A stretch of 64,000 nt of DNA from an uncultured Chloroflexia bacterium (GTDB lineage: Bacteria; Chloroflexota; Limnocylindria; Limnocylindrales; CSP1-4). Below the pieces are notes generated by a model. It saw nothing but the letters and a program-made list of their open reading frames with translations, ran no database searches and had not been told where the DNA came from. This document shows, piece by piece, positions 48,585 through 57,834 of the stretch. Position 1 is the first letter of the stretch. Each line of letters opens with the position of its first letter. The stretch is from NCBI GenBank assembly GCA_963713795.1, contig CAVQNC010000010.1, positions 103,966 to 167,965 on the forward strand, in the 5' to 3' direction. A program made the position numbers and the translations under genes.

Positions 48585-49655
48585 GTGGAGGTGCGGAGCA
48601 GCGTGCTTTCGGATGCCACCGGCACTTCGGTCGATCTCGCCGGATCGGATGCCGGCCCGATCGAGTTGATCGGCCGCCTGCCCAAGGTCGAACTGCACGT
48701 TCACCTGGAGGGGACGCTCGAACCCGAGCTGGCCATCCGGCTGGCCGCGCGCAACGGCGTTGCTCTCCCGGTCCGCTCGGTGGAGGAGATGCGGGCCGCC
48801 TACGACTTTGCCGATCTGCAGTCCTTCCTCGACATCTACTACGCCGCCTGCTCGGTTCTCGTCAAGCGCGAGGACTTCCGTGAGCTGACCCTGGCGTACA
48901 TGACCCGCGCCCACGCCGACCGCGTCCGGCACGTCGAGCCTTTCTTCGACCCTCAGACGCACACCGACCGCGGCATCCCGATCGGAGAGGTGATCGGCGG
49001 GATCCTCGACGGCCTGGCCGACGGCGAGCGCGAATACGGCATCACCAGCGGGCTGATCCTGTCGTTCCTCCGGCATCTGCCCGCTGAGGCGGCCGAGGCG
49101 ACCCTCGCTGCCGCCGAACCGTGGCTGGACCGGATCGTGGCGGTGGGCCTCGACTCGAGCGAGGTCGGCTTCCCGCCCGAACCGTTCGCGGACGTGTTTG
49201 CCCGGGCTCGCGCTCGGGGGCTGCGCGCGGTCGCCCACGCCGGCGAGGAGGGCGAGGCGGCCCTGGTCGTGCGCACGCTGGACTCGCTGGGCGTCTCGCG
49301 AATCGACCACGGCGTCCGGGCGTCGGACGACCCGGCGGTGATGCGCCGGCTGGCCGATTCCGGCGTCACCCTGACGACCTGCCCGATGTCGAACGTCCGG
49401 CTCCGGGTTATCCCGGCGATGGAGAGGTCGTCGATCCGGGCGCTCCTCGAGGCCGGCGTGGCCGTGACGATCAACTCGGACGACCCGGCCTACTTCGGCG
49501 GCCACATCGGCGACAACTACCGCAGGATCGCGGCAGCGCTCAGGTTGACCGCCGGCGATCTCGAGCGGCTGGCGGCGAACGCGATCAACGGGTCGTTTGC
49601 CACGGCCGAGCGCAAGCGAGAGCTCCTGGCCGAGCTGGCGGAGGCGACGGAGTAG
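48585..49655 (+). CDS. add: Adenosine deaminase
   Basis: LPKVELHVHLEGTL metal-binding motif, HAGE, SDDPAYFG; 356 aa. Confidence 0.85.
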   Translation: MEVRSSVLSDATGTSVDLAGSDAGPIELIGRLPKVELHVHLEGTLEPELAIRLAARNGVALPVRSVEEMRAAYDFADLQSFLDIYYAACSVLVKREDFRELTLAYMTRAHADRVRHVEPFFDPQTHTDRGIPIGEVIGGILDGLADGEREYGITSGLILSFLRHLPAEAAEATLAAAEPWLDRIVAVGLDSSEVGFPPEPFADVFARARARGLRAVAHAGEEGEAALVVRTLDSLGVSRIDHGVRASDDPAVMRRLADSGVTLTTCPMSNVRLRVIPAMERSSIRALLEAGVAVTINSDDPAYFGGHIGDNYRRIAAALRLTAGDLERLAANAINGSFATAERKRELLAELAEATE

Positions 49656-49770
49656 GGGAGCCGTCGGGTCGCGCTGGCGGCCTGGGCTCGGGCGAGGCGC
49701 GGCTCGGCGCCGGCCGCGGTTTCCCGGGGCGGCCAAGCGCGCCCGGGGCGTGTCCCGCCCGGAGAATCGA

Positions 49771-49799
49771 AAAGGAGCCCGAGTGACCGGGCTCCTTCT
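49771..49799. terminator. Bidirectional intrinsic terminator AAAAGGAGCCCG-agtgac-CGGGCTCCTTCT between the convergent add and zinc-ribbon genes
   Basis: 8-bp GC stem flanked by AAAA on one side and TTCT on the other; on the minus strand it is followed by TTTT. Confidence 0.65.
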
Positions 49800-49814
49800 A
49801 CGTGGCTTAGCGAG

Positions 49815-50198
49815 TTAGTACGAGCGGGAGCTCGAGCTTCGCTGGCTGGTGAAGCAGTCGCTGCAGTAGACCGGCTTCGCGCCGCTGGGGCGGAAGGGGA
49901 CCTGGGCCTCGCGGCCGCAGCTGGAGCAGGTGGCGCTGAACATCTCGCGCGGGCCGCTGGAATAGCCGCCCGAACCGCTCGAGTAGCCGCCGCCGGAGCG
50001 GCCGCCGCCTGAGTAGCCACCGCTCGAGTACCCGCCGCCACCGGCGTCACCGCGCGATGCCTTGCGGGCTGCGCGGCACGAGGGGCAGCGCCGTGGCTCG
50101 GTGAACTGCCGGTCCGCGTAGAACTGCTGCTCGCTCGCGGTGAACGAGAACTCCTGGTTGCAGTCGGCGCAGGTGAGCGTCTTGTCTTGTCCGTACAA
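49815..50198 (-). CDS. FmdB-like double zinc-ribbon protein with a central Gly/Tyr/Ser/Arg-rich low-complexity linker
   Basis: TTG start 6 nt after GAAGGAG. N-terminal ribbon CADC...CPSC with the FmdB-like pattern TCADCNQEFSF...RCPSCR. Linker GGGGYSSGGYSGGGRSGGGYSSGSGGYSS. C-terminal ribbon CSSC...CSDC. Confidence 0.6.
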   Translation of the reverse strand: MYGQDKTLTCADCNQEFSFTASEQQFYADRQFTEPRRCPSCRAARKASRGDAGGGGYSSGGYSGGGRSGGGYSSGSGGYSSGPREMFSATCSSCGREAQVPFRPSGAKPVYCSDCFTSQRSSSSRSY

Positions 50199-50297
50199 AG
50201 AAAAACTCCTTCTCTTGCGGCCTCAGCGAACCTTTCTCGCCGAGTACCGATGAGAGGGAGTGGTCGTAGTGCCGCTATTGAATTAGCACCAATCCGG

Positions 50298-50337
50298 TGG
50301 TCGAAAGACTATACCACAGGCCGCCGCGTCTGTCGAA
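50298..50337 (-). promoter_or_regulatory. Near-consensus sigma-70-type promoter on the minus strand (-35 TCGACA, 17-nt spacer, extended -10 TGGTATAGT) with an adjacent perfect 10-bp palindrome CGAACGTTCG
   Basis: Plus-strand coordinates: -10 at 50298-50303, TGG at 50304-50306, -35 at 50321-50326, palindrome at 50328-50337. Lies about 100 nt upstream of the zinc-ribbon gene start. Confidence 0.5.
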
Positions 50338-50537
50338 CGAACGTTCGTGGATGGGTGGGCGGTCTTCCGCTGGCCGATCGTCGCCTTGACCCCCGGCCTT
50401 GCCTTCTGGACGGGTGTCCATTCCTGGGCGGCTCAGAGGGAAACGCCTCGTGTCATGACACGCGTTCCATCGCCGACACCCCCGGCGCGCATACCTCCCG
50501 CCGACCGAGCATTTCCTGCTAGGATTCGGCCCTGCCC

Positions 50538-50613
50538 GCTGGCGAGTGGCCTAACGGTAAGGCACCTGACTCTGGATCAGGGGATTGAAGGTTCGAATCC
50601 TTCCTCGCCAGCC
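50538..50613 (+). tRNA. tRNA-Gln: tRNA-Gln (anticodon CTG)
   Basis: Cloverleaf read by eye: acceptor stem GCTGGCG/CGCCAGC, D-arm TGGCCTAACGGTAAGGCA, anticodon stem CCTGA/TCAGG with loop CTCTGGA, T-arm GGTTCGAATCC. Confidence 0.8.
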
Positions 50614-50723
50614 AACTTGTGAGCGAGAGACAGGCCCCCGGAGGCAACTCCGAGGGCTTTTCTTGTTGCCCAGTGGCGAACGTAAGGCGCGCCGTCTATC
50701 CTGGGTCGACAGGTGGATGTCCC

Positions 50724-50981
50724 ATGGTCGATCCGAGGCAGACGGTGCCCGGCGTCGCAGCTCAAATGAGCGCCGTGACTTTCGAATGGCGCAATCTCCG
50801 TCTCCACGTGATCACCCGCGAGCCGCTGTCCGAAGACCAGGTGCGTGCCCTCAAGCGGGCGTTGCCGAAGCTTTCCAGCGTGGGCCTTTTCGCCGACCTG
50901 CTGGCGATGCTTCTGGGGCGGCCCGTCAGGATCAGGACCGAGCGGCCCTCGCCGGACATCCGGCTCGAGGTCGGGCTGTAG
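50724..50981 (+). CDS. Small hypothetical protein (86 aa)
   Basis: ORF MVDPRQTVPGV... immediately downstream of the tRNA; no recognisable motif; could be non-coding. Confidence 0.2.
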   Translation: MVDPRQTVPGVAAQMSAVTFEWRNLRLHVITREPLSEDQVRALKRALPKLSSVGLFADLLAMLLGRPVRIRTERPSPDIRLEVGL

Positions 50982-51136
50982 GCCGCCGCCCTCCATCTCC
51001 CCGCCGTCCAGTGGGAGACCCGGCCGATCGCGGATGGCGGTTTCGCGGGCTCAGACACCGACGCGGTCGCCGAGTGATTGCGCTCGCCCGGTCGAGCGCA
51101 ATCACCTGGTCTGGCCTGAGAGGTGGGATCCGCCGG

Positions 51137-52183
51137 TCAGGCGCTGAGTCGTTCCGCGAGGTAGCGGATGGCGACCGGGTAGCGGTACTCGATCGCCCCG
51201 TGTGCGGCGGGGAAGATCTCGAAGAAGGGCTCCGGCGACCCGGCCGCCACGCAGGCGCGGCGAAACGCCTCGGCCCCCAGGTCGAGGAAGTACTCGTCCC
51301 GATCGCCCGCGTCGATGTAGATCGCCCGCATCGAGCGCAGCGCCGCCGCGCCCTCGGGCGTACGCGCCATCCGGACGGGATCGCGGCTCAGCCAGCGTGC
51401 CCAGATCTCCGGGATGAGCTCGCCGGTCGTTGGGTCGAATGGGTGGCGGATCGTGCCGTCCGGGTCGGCCGAGTAGCAGGCCGAATACCCGTGGGCCTCG
51501 ACGAGTGCCTCGTCCGCCTTCCTGGTGAAGGCCGGCCGCGACCGAAAGTCCGCCAGCCATCGCTCGATCGAGCCCTCGTAGGCGTCCCGCAGGGCCCGGG
51601 CGGCCGCGGCGAACATCGGCCCGTAGCAGACCTCGAAGAGGGCATCTCCGGAGTGGGTGGCCAGCCCGCCGAACAGGTCCGGACGGAGCATTGGCGTGAC
51701 CATCGCGCCGTACCCGCCGCTCGACTTGCCGGTGATCCCGCGGTGATCGCGGTGGGCCAGCGTGCGGTACCGGGCGTCGACGAACGGCACGACCTCGTCG
51801 CACAGGTAGGTGTGGTAGGCCCCGGTCGCCGCTGAGTCGAGGAACTGGCTGCCGCCGTAAGAAGTCCAGCAGTCGACGAAGACCACGATCGCCGGCGGCG
51901 GGGCGCCCTCGCCCGGGCCCTCGCCCGCGAACAGGGCATCGATGTTCTCGGGGGTCGTGGGTCGGAAGGCGGAGCGGTTCCTCCACATGTCGATCTGGCC
52001 CGTCATGCCCTGGATGAGGTAGATCGAGGCGTAGCGACGGCCGGACTCCGCGTCGTAGCCGGGAGGCAGGTAAACCCAGATCGGGCGGTCGCTGGGATCG
52101 CCCGGCAGGTTGCCAGCCAGGGTGCGACTCGCGATCGTCAGCTCATCGATACGACCGCGCAGCGGCCTCGACCAGGGGCGCAC
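51137..52183 (-). CDS. Esterase-D/enterochelin-esterase-like alpha/beta hydrolase
   Basis: GxSxG nucleophile elbow ITGKSSGGYGA. GTG start 4 nt after GGAGGA (residue 114 of the track ORF); the upstream extension looks non-coding. Confidence 0.6.
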   Translation of the reverse strand: MRPWSRPLRGRIDELTIASRTLAGNLPGDPSDRPIWVYLPPGYDAESGRRYASIYLIQGMTGQIDMWRNRSAFRPTTPENIDALFAGEGPGEGAPPPAIVVFVDCWTSYGGSQFLDSAATGAYHTYLCDEVVPFVDARYRTLAHRDHRGITGKSSGGYGAMVTPMLRPDLFGGLATHSGDALFEVCYGPMFAAAARALRDAYEGSIERWLADFRSRPAFTRKADEALVEAHGYSACYSADPDGTIRHPFDPTTGELIPEIWARWLSRDPVRMARTPEGAAALRSMRAIYIDAGDRDEYFLDLGAEAFRRACVAAGSPEPFFEIFPAAHGAIEYRYPVAIRYLAERLSA

Positions 52184-52353
52184 CTCGTCCTCCTCACCGT
52201 CGTCTGGACACGCCGACCCGGAAGGCCGGCCGGCCGGCCACGGTGAACATCGTAGCGGGCTCCCGGAGTTGGCGGCGGCGTGCCTCGTCCGAGCAAGGCC
52301 GGCCGGTTCGCCGCGCCACTCCCCGGGGGCGTCGCGACCCGGGCGGATGGCTT

Positions 52354-53577
52354 GTGACCCGTCGGTGCGGGACCTCCGTTGCGTCCGGTTGCGATCGCGG
52401 GGAACCCCGGCGGTCGGGTGGCCGTCTTGACCACGAACCGGCAGTTGACCGGCGGGACAATCGCTGGAGCGTACCGATAAATCGCCTGATCCCCGCTGCC
52501 GCTCTTCTTCTGGCCCTGGCAATGCCCGCCGCAGTCAGCGCCGCCGATACCACGAACTCGACAACGGCGGTCACGGCCGCGCCCGGCCTCGGCGGTGCCT
52601 GGGAGATAGGCGCCATCGAGACGTCGGGCGTCACGATCCAGGTCGACGGCAAGCTCGCCATCGGCACGGACCTGAGCGCGAGCGTCGGCTGCAACACACT
52701 CAGCGCTCCGGTTACCAGCTTCGACGGCACGCACCTGGTGATCGGCTCGATCGCCACGACCCTGATGGGCTGCCCGACCGGGCAGGCCCGCGCCGAGCAG
52801 ATGCTCGCCTCGGTCCTGGGGGCCGGGGCCCTCACCTTCGACGGGCGCTCGCTCACCTCGAACGCGGGGCGGATCGACTTCGTCGGCAACCAGCCGGCCC
52901 AGCCCATCGCGACGCCGCAGCCGGTGCCGAGCGGTCCGGTGGTCGACCCTGTCACCTGCGCCAGATTGCTCGGCCCGGCGTGGAACCTCTCGAGCGCGCC
53001 TGCCCCGGCCGTTGGGGCTGGCGCGATGGCGGGCTCCGCCGCCGGCGGCTTTTCCGGATCAGGGAGCGGCCCGGCGGCGATCTCCACGTCTGCGGCCGTG
53101 CTCCCGCCCGACCAGGTACCGAGGCCGATCGCGGCCGGGAGCCCGGTGGCCGTCGAGCCGCCGAGCCCGGGCCCGACAGAGCCGGCCGGCACCGTTCCGG
53201 TCGAAAGCCCAAAGCCGATCAGCCCGGTCCCGCCCGTCCCGCTGCCGGTCGAGGTGACGAGCCCGGCTCCGATCGCTTCGACCAACGTCGAACCTGTGCC
53301 GGCCGGATCACCCTCGCTGGTGGAGCTGTGCGATGACCTGCTCGCCCAGCTCCGGGGCGGGACGCTCGCATTCCCGCCCGCAGGCGCTGCCGGCGGGGCA
53401 GTCCCCGGGGTGGCGACGACGGACAAGCAAGCGTTCGGCGCGAACGCCCCTGGGGGCGGCAACGTCGTGCTCGCCGTGCTCGCCGTCTTGCTTGTCGCGC
53501 TGGTAGCCGGCGCCGTCGCCGGCCGGCGGATGTGGTCGCGGCGTCGCCGCACGCCACCCCCTGCGGCATCGGCGTAG
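52354..53577 (+). CDS. Secreted META-domain (DUF306-like) protein with Pro-rich linker and C-terminal TM plus poly-Arg tail
   Basis: Signal peptide ...LIPAAALLLALAMPAAVSA/ADTT. The start is uncertain (GTG 52354, CTG 52486 or ATG 52522). C-terminus APGGGNVVLAVLAVLLVALVAGAVAGRRMWSRRRR. Confidence 0.45.
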   Translation: MTRRCGTSVASGCDRGEPRRSGGRLDHEPAVDRRDNRWSVPINRLIPAAALLLALAMPAAVSAADTTNSTTAVTAAPGLGGAWEIGAIETSGVTIQVDGKLAIGTDLSASVGCNTLSAPVTSFDGTHLVIGSIATTLMGCPTGQARAEQMLASVLGAGALTFDGRSLTSNAGRIDFVGNQPAQPIATPQPVPSGPVVDPVTCARLLGPAWNLSSAPAPAVGAGAMAGSAAGGFSGSGSGPAAISTSAAVLPPDQVPRPIAAGSPVAVEPPSPGPTEPAGTVPVESPKPISPVPPVPLPVEVTSPAPIASTNVEPVPAGSPSLVELCDDLLAQLRGGTLAFPPAGAAGGAVPGVATTDKQAFGANAPGGGNVVLAVLAVLLVALVAGAVAGRRMWSRRRRTPPPAASA

Positions 53578-53933
53578 GCCCCGCGACGGAGTTCTCGGGC
53601 GGGAACAGGGTGGCGCGCAGGATCTCCGCTGTCAGGCCGGCGCCGATGGGGAAGACCTCACTGACGCCGGCGCCGATGGCGGTTGCCCGGATCGTTTCGA
53701 GCCGGTCGGCGACGACTCGTCCGGCCAGGCCGTAGGGCGCCAGCGCCTGTGCCCACCATGCCTGTGGGACGGCCCCCCGCAGAGGCATCGGTCGGCCTTC
53801 GACGTCGTCGGCGACTAAGATGCGGGTGTCGTGCGGCACGTCGGCGGGTCGGCGGCCGGGCCGGGAGGCCAGGAAGCTGCGCTGTCGCAGCCGATCGCCG
53901 ACGGCTCCCTGAACTGGGCAGCTGGAGGAAACC

Positions 53934-54341
53934 ATGAGCGCCTTCGTCAAGCAGGCCGATATCCGGATCGAACAGTTCGATTGGGGCGTCATCGGGTGGC
54001 GGCTGACTCCCGAGCGGGGAGGAAAGCACCTCGTGGTGATGGACGTCACTATCGAGCCCGGAAAGGAGCACGACTTCCATCGCCACCCCGGGCAGGAGGA
54101 GATGATCGTCGTCAAGCAGGGGCGCGTGATCCAGTTCATCGAGGAGGCATCGACGATCCTCGATCCGGGCGACTCCGTTCTGGTGAGCGAAGACGTCGTG
54201 CACGCCTCCTTCAACCGGGGGGCCGAGACGGCGCACCTCCAGGTCATCATCGGCCCGTCACTGGGCGAAGGATCTGGCTACGGCCTCGTCGACGTGTCCG
54301 GCGAAGAGCACTGGGCGGCACTCGGACCCAAGCGAGGGTAG
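53934..54341 (+). CDS. Cupin-domain protein
   Basis: HDFHRHPGQEE ... H metal-binding motifs of the cupin barrel; 135 aa. Confidence 0.7.
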   Translation: MSAFVKQADIRIEQFDWGVIGWRLTPERGGKHLVVMDVTIEPGKEHDFHRHPGQEEMIVVKQGRVIQFIEEASTILDPGDSVLVSEDVVHASFNRGAETAHLQVIIGPSLGEGSGYGLVDVSGEEHWAALGPKRG

Positions 54342-54546
54342 GAGCCGGGCTCGACCCGGGTGCGGGCGCCGGCGACGCCGGTCGGCCGAGCCGGAGGCCC
54401 TTCATCGTAGAGTTCGGCTGAGCCGCGGGCCCGATGCGGGGCCACCACCGGGCGGCTTCCCATCGGCTCCGGGCAGTGCCATGCTTGCGCGACGAACGGG
54501 AGCGGGTGGGCGGCGCGAGGCAGCGGCCTACCCAGGGGGAGCGACT

Positions 54547-54942
54547 ATGCGCTATCGAGTCGAGCCGGGGGATGCCGGGGCGCTGGTTGAAGGCGGCACA
54601 GACCGGCTCGCCGCGGACGCGTCGCGCACTTCAGAGGCCATCGCCGCATGGATGAACGAGCTCGGGGTGAGTGAGGCCGAGTCGGGCCGGGCCGAGCCGG
54701 GAGTCGACTGCCTCTTCTACGTCGTCTCAGGGCTGGCTCGGGCCGTCGTCGAGGGCAGGGAGTGCGACGCGGCGGCAGGAGACAGCTTCCTCGTACCGGC
54801 GAACCAGGCGTACATCCTGTCGAACGCGGGCATGTCGGAGCTGCTCGCCCTCGAGATGCAGCTGCCCTGCCGCCCCGAGCGACTCGACGGCTACGCCGAC
54901 ACCTGCAGCGAGACGGGGCCGGCCCGGAGGGGCGAGGAGTAA
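54547..54942 (+). CDS. Cupin-domain protein (second copy)
   Basis: ATG at 54547 (M23 of the track ORF); small beta-barrel, GDSFLVPANQAYILSN motif 2-like. Confidence 0.45.
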   Translation: MRYRVEPGDAGALVEGGTDRLAADASRTSEAIAAWMNELGVSEAESGRAEPGVDCLFYVVSGLARAVVEGRECDAAAGDSFLVPANQAYILSNAGMSELLALEMQLPCRPERLDGYADTCSETGPARRGEE

Positions 54943-55063
54943 CTGCCGCAGGGAAGCCAGGCTCAAGGGGATTAGCCGGACGCCCGCGATGGGGGCGCGC
55001 CGGCGGCCCCGTTCGGCCGCGCCCGCGGGCCAGGTCCGCCGCGCCGCCGGCCTCCGTCGCCGC

Positions 55064-56206
55064 CTATTCGAGCACGAAGATGTTCTTCTTCGCGCAGATC
55101 TCCTTCAGGATCTTCGGCCAGACGGTGACCGTGACCTCGCCCAGATGGGCCTTGTGGAGCAGGAGCATCTGGGTCCGGCCCTGGCCGATCCCGCCGCCGA
55201 TGCTGAGCGGCGTCTCGCCGCTGACGATGCCGCGGTGATACGGCAGCGTTAGCCAGTCGAGCTGGCCGGTGATCTCCAGCTGCTGCTTCAGGGTCTCGGC
55301 ATTGACCCGGATGCCCATCGAGGTCAGCTCGTGGCGACGCTGCGTGACGTGGTTCCATACGAGGATGTCGCCGTTGAGGCCGTGCATGGGCTGCCCGTAC
55401 TCGGAGACGGTCGGTGTGACCCAGTCGTCGTAGTCCGCGGCCCGCATCTCGTGTGGGTAGCCGTCGGCGAGGGTCCAGCCGATCCCGATGATGAAGATTG
55501 CCGGGACTTCCTGGAGGATGGCCGTTTCGCGCTGCTTGCGCGGCAGGTTCGGGTAGCGGGCGAGCAGCTCCTCGGCGTGCATGAATGTGATCTCTTCGGG
55601 CAGTTCCGGGTACTTGTCGGCGCGGAGCCTGGGGAACCTGTCGAGCGCCTCCTGCTCGGCCCCCTTCAGAACCTTCCAGATCTTCCGCACGATCATCTCG
55701 AGGAAGTCGAGGTTTCTGTCCTCGGCGGTGATGACCCTCTCCCAGTCCCACTGGTCCACGTAGCAGCTGTGGTCGTGATCCAGGAAGTAGTCCTTGCGGA
55801 CGGCCCGCATGTCCGTGAGCAGACCCTCGCCGACCCCGTAGCCGATCTCCTTGAGGGCGGGACGCTTCCATTTCGTGGCGGCCTGGACGACCTGGGCGTC
55901 GATCGGGTGCTGGTCGTAGTCGTTCGAGATGTGGAACCCGACCGGCCCGCGCTTGCCGTCTCGGTCGAGCATGTCGTTGATGCCCGACTCGACGTCGACG
56001 ATCAGCGGCACCTGCACCATGTGCAGGTTCAGCTCCCGGCAGAGACCCTTCTCGATGAAGTCCTTGACTACGTAGATGGCCTCCTGCGTCTCCCTGCGGC
56101 TGAGCGCCGATTCGTAGTCGTCCGGCAGGACCTTCTCGAGGTCCTCGTAGTTGCCGATGCCCGGGCCGGCAAGGTCGGCCTTCTTGTCACCCGTCGGAAC
56201 CGTCAT
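55064..56206 (-). CDS. asnA: Aspartate--ammonia ligase (asparagine synthetase A)
   Basis: ATG at 56206 after AAGGGA. HSCYVDQWDWERVI, SMGIRVNAETLKQQLEITG and GGGIGQGRTQMLLL are collinear with E. coli AsnA as recalled. The upstream 370 codons of track ORF 55064..57316 are an artefact. Confidence 0.85.
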   Translation of the reverse strand: MTVPTGDKKADLAGPGIGNYEDLEKVLPDDYESALSRRETQEAIYVVKDFIEKGLCRELNLHMVQVPLIVDVESGINDMLDRDGKRGPVGFHISNDYDQHPIDAQVVQAATKWKRPALKEIGYGVGEGLLTDMRAVRKDYFLDHDHSCYVDQWDWERVITAEDRNLDFLEMIVRKIWKVLKGAEQEALDRFPRLRADKYPELPEEITFMHAEELLARYPNLPRKQRETAILQEVPAIFIIGIGWTLADGYPHEMRAADYDDWVTPTVSEYGQPMHGLNGDILVWNHVTQRRHELTSMGIRVNAETLKQQLEITGQLDWLTLPYHRGIVSGETPLSIGGGIGQGRTQMLLLHKAHLGEVTVTVWPKILKEICAKKNIFVLE

Positions 56207-56359
56207 TCGTCCGTTCCCTTTCCATGACTGGACCTGGTACCGCACGAAACAGTCGGTTGCCGCCGCTCCGCGTGAGTCGATGGCAATCGGCTCAACTCCG
56301 CCCCGCCAGATCATATCCAGGCTTGACCGCACGCGAACGCTCGGCCATCGTGAGACCCC

Positions 56360-57685
56360 GTGACCGATCGAACCACGTCCGACCCGCTCTATTCGGCGAC
56401 CGCCCTGCCCGAACCGCGCCGCACGCTCGGGCAACCCGACGCGCCTTCGCCGGCCGATCCGTCCCCGCCGCTCGACCTGGATGAACGCCTGACTCTCTCC
56501 GCGACCCAGATCGCTGCCGCGGTGAACCGCCGCGAGCTTTCGGCTATCGAGATCGTCGCGGCGACGCTGGCTCGCATCGAGGCGGGCCGCGGCGGCCACG
56601 CCTACGTCACCGTCTGCCCCGAGGCGGCGCTGAAGCGGGCCCGTGAGGGCCCGACCGGACCGCTCGCCGGAGTCCCGCTCGCCGTGAAGGACATCTTCGA
56701 CACGGCCGGCGTGCGGACCACCTACGGTTCCTCGATCTTCGCCGGCCACGTCCCGCGGCGGACGGCCACGGCGGTGGTCAGGCTGGAGGCCGCCGGGGCG
56801 ATCGTCGTCGGCAAGACGAACCTGCACGAGTTCGCCTGGGGCGTGACGAGCCAGAACCCGCACTGGGGCACGGTCGCGAACCCGGCCCGGCCCGGCCGCG
56901 TGGCCGGCGGCTCCAGCGGCGGGAGCGCGGCGGCACTGGCCGATTACCAGGCCACGATCGGCCTGGGCACGGACACAGGGGGATCGATCCGGATCCCGGC
57001 GGCCTGCTGCGGGGTGGTGGGTTTCAAGCCGGCCTACGGCGCGGTCCCAACGCACGGCGTCTTTCCGCTCGCGCCGTCGTTCGACACCGTCGGGTCCATG
57101 GCTCGGACCGTGGCCGACGTCGCGCTCGTCGACGCGGTCCTGACCGGACGGCCTCAGCCTGTGCCCCGGCTCGCCGGACTGCGTATCGGCGTGCTGGCCG
57201 TCACCGGCCTCGAGGACGAGCTGGCCAGGCTGGGCGCTCGCCTCGAGGAGGCTGAACTTCCCGAGCTCGACCCGGATCTTCTGGCGGCCTTCGCCGCCGA
57301 AGGCGCGATCACGCACATGACGTGGTTTCCGCGCGAACGCGAGCGCTACGGGCCCGACCTTCGGGTCAAGCTGGACGAAGCCCAGGAGATCGGGGCGGTG
57401 CGATGGCAGAGGGGCCTGGCGGCCGCCCGGGAATTGCGGAAGCGGGCGCGCTCGATTCCCGACTGCGACCTCCTGGTCGGCCCGGTGATGGCGATCGATC
57501 CTCCTCCGGTCGAGTGCTGGGAACCTGACGTTCGGGCGGCCATGACCCGCTGGACGCGCCCGTACAACTTCCTGGGCTGGCCGGCGATTGCCGTGGGCGG
57601 CCTGCAGATCGCCGGTCGCGACCGGGACGCCGTGCTGGGCGCCGCCCTGGAACTGGAGGCGAGCGGCCTGGAGGTGTTGCGCTGA
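56360..57685 (+). CDS. Amidase-signature family amidase (GatA-like)
   Basis: GGSSGGSAAALA amidase signature with the Ser-cisSer-Lys triad context; 441 aa. Confidence 0.8.
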   Translation: MTDRTTSDPLYSATALPEPRRTLGQPDAPSPADPSPPLDLDERLTLSATQIAAAVNRRELSAIEIVAATLARIEAGRGGHAYVTVCPEAALKRAREGPTGPLAGVPLAVKDIFDTAGVRTTYGSSIFAGHVPRRTATAVVRLEAAGAIVVGKTNLHEFAWGVTSQNPHWGTVANPARPGRVAGGSSGGSAAALADYQATIGLGTDTGGSIRIPAACCGVVGFKPAYGAVPTHGVFPLAPSFDTVGSMARTVADVALVDAVLTGRPQPVPRLAGLRIGVLAVTGLEDELARLGARLEEAELPELDPDLLAAFAAEGAITHMTWFPRERERYGPDLRVKLDEAQEIGAVRWQRGLAAARELRKRARSIPDCDLLVGPVMAIDPPPVECWEPDVRAAMTRWTRPYNFLGWPAIAVGGLQIAGRDRDAVLGAALELEASGLEVLR

Positions 57686-57834
57686 TCACCGCAACCGGCC
57701 GTCGTCCAATGCCGGTGAGGTGACTCTGGGCCGCCTGCGAGCGCCCGATTTGGGGGCTCGGGGAACCTTATGCTGCCGGCCCCAGGTACCTTCGTCCTGC
57801 TCCGGCTTCATGCGTTTGATCGTATGGTCCGCAC

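Noticed and set aside
50538-52183. Genomic island or prophage at the tRNA-Gln gene
   Set aside because: No integrase, recombinase, phage gene, flanking direct repeat or compositional shift was found. The neighbouring genes are ordinary housekeeping or esterase genes.
53219-54250. 343-aa minus-strand ORF including a protein-like stretch (YGLAGRVVADRLETIRATAIGAGVSEVFPIGAGLTAEILR) in the 53580-53880 gap
   Set aside because: The frame has no stop until it overlaps 360 nt of the META-domain gene, and it is antisense to the first cupin. There is no start/RBS pairing that yields a free-standing gene. Kept only as a note in case a short minus-strand gene exists between 53580 and 53880.
55064-57316. 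750-aa minus-strand ORF
   Set aside because: Only the C-terminal 380 residues (from ATG 56206) match AsnA. The upstream 370 codons overlap the amidase gene on the opposite strand and have no motif.
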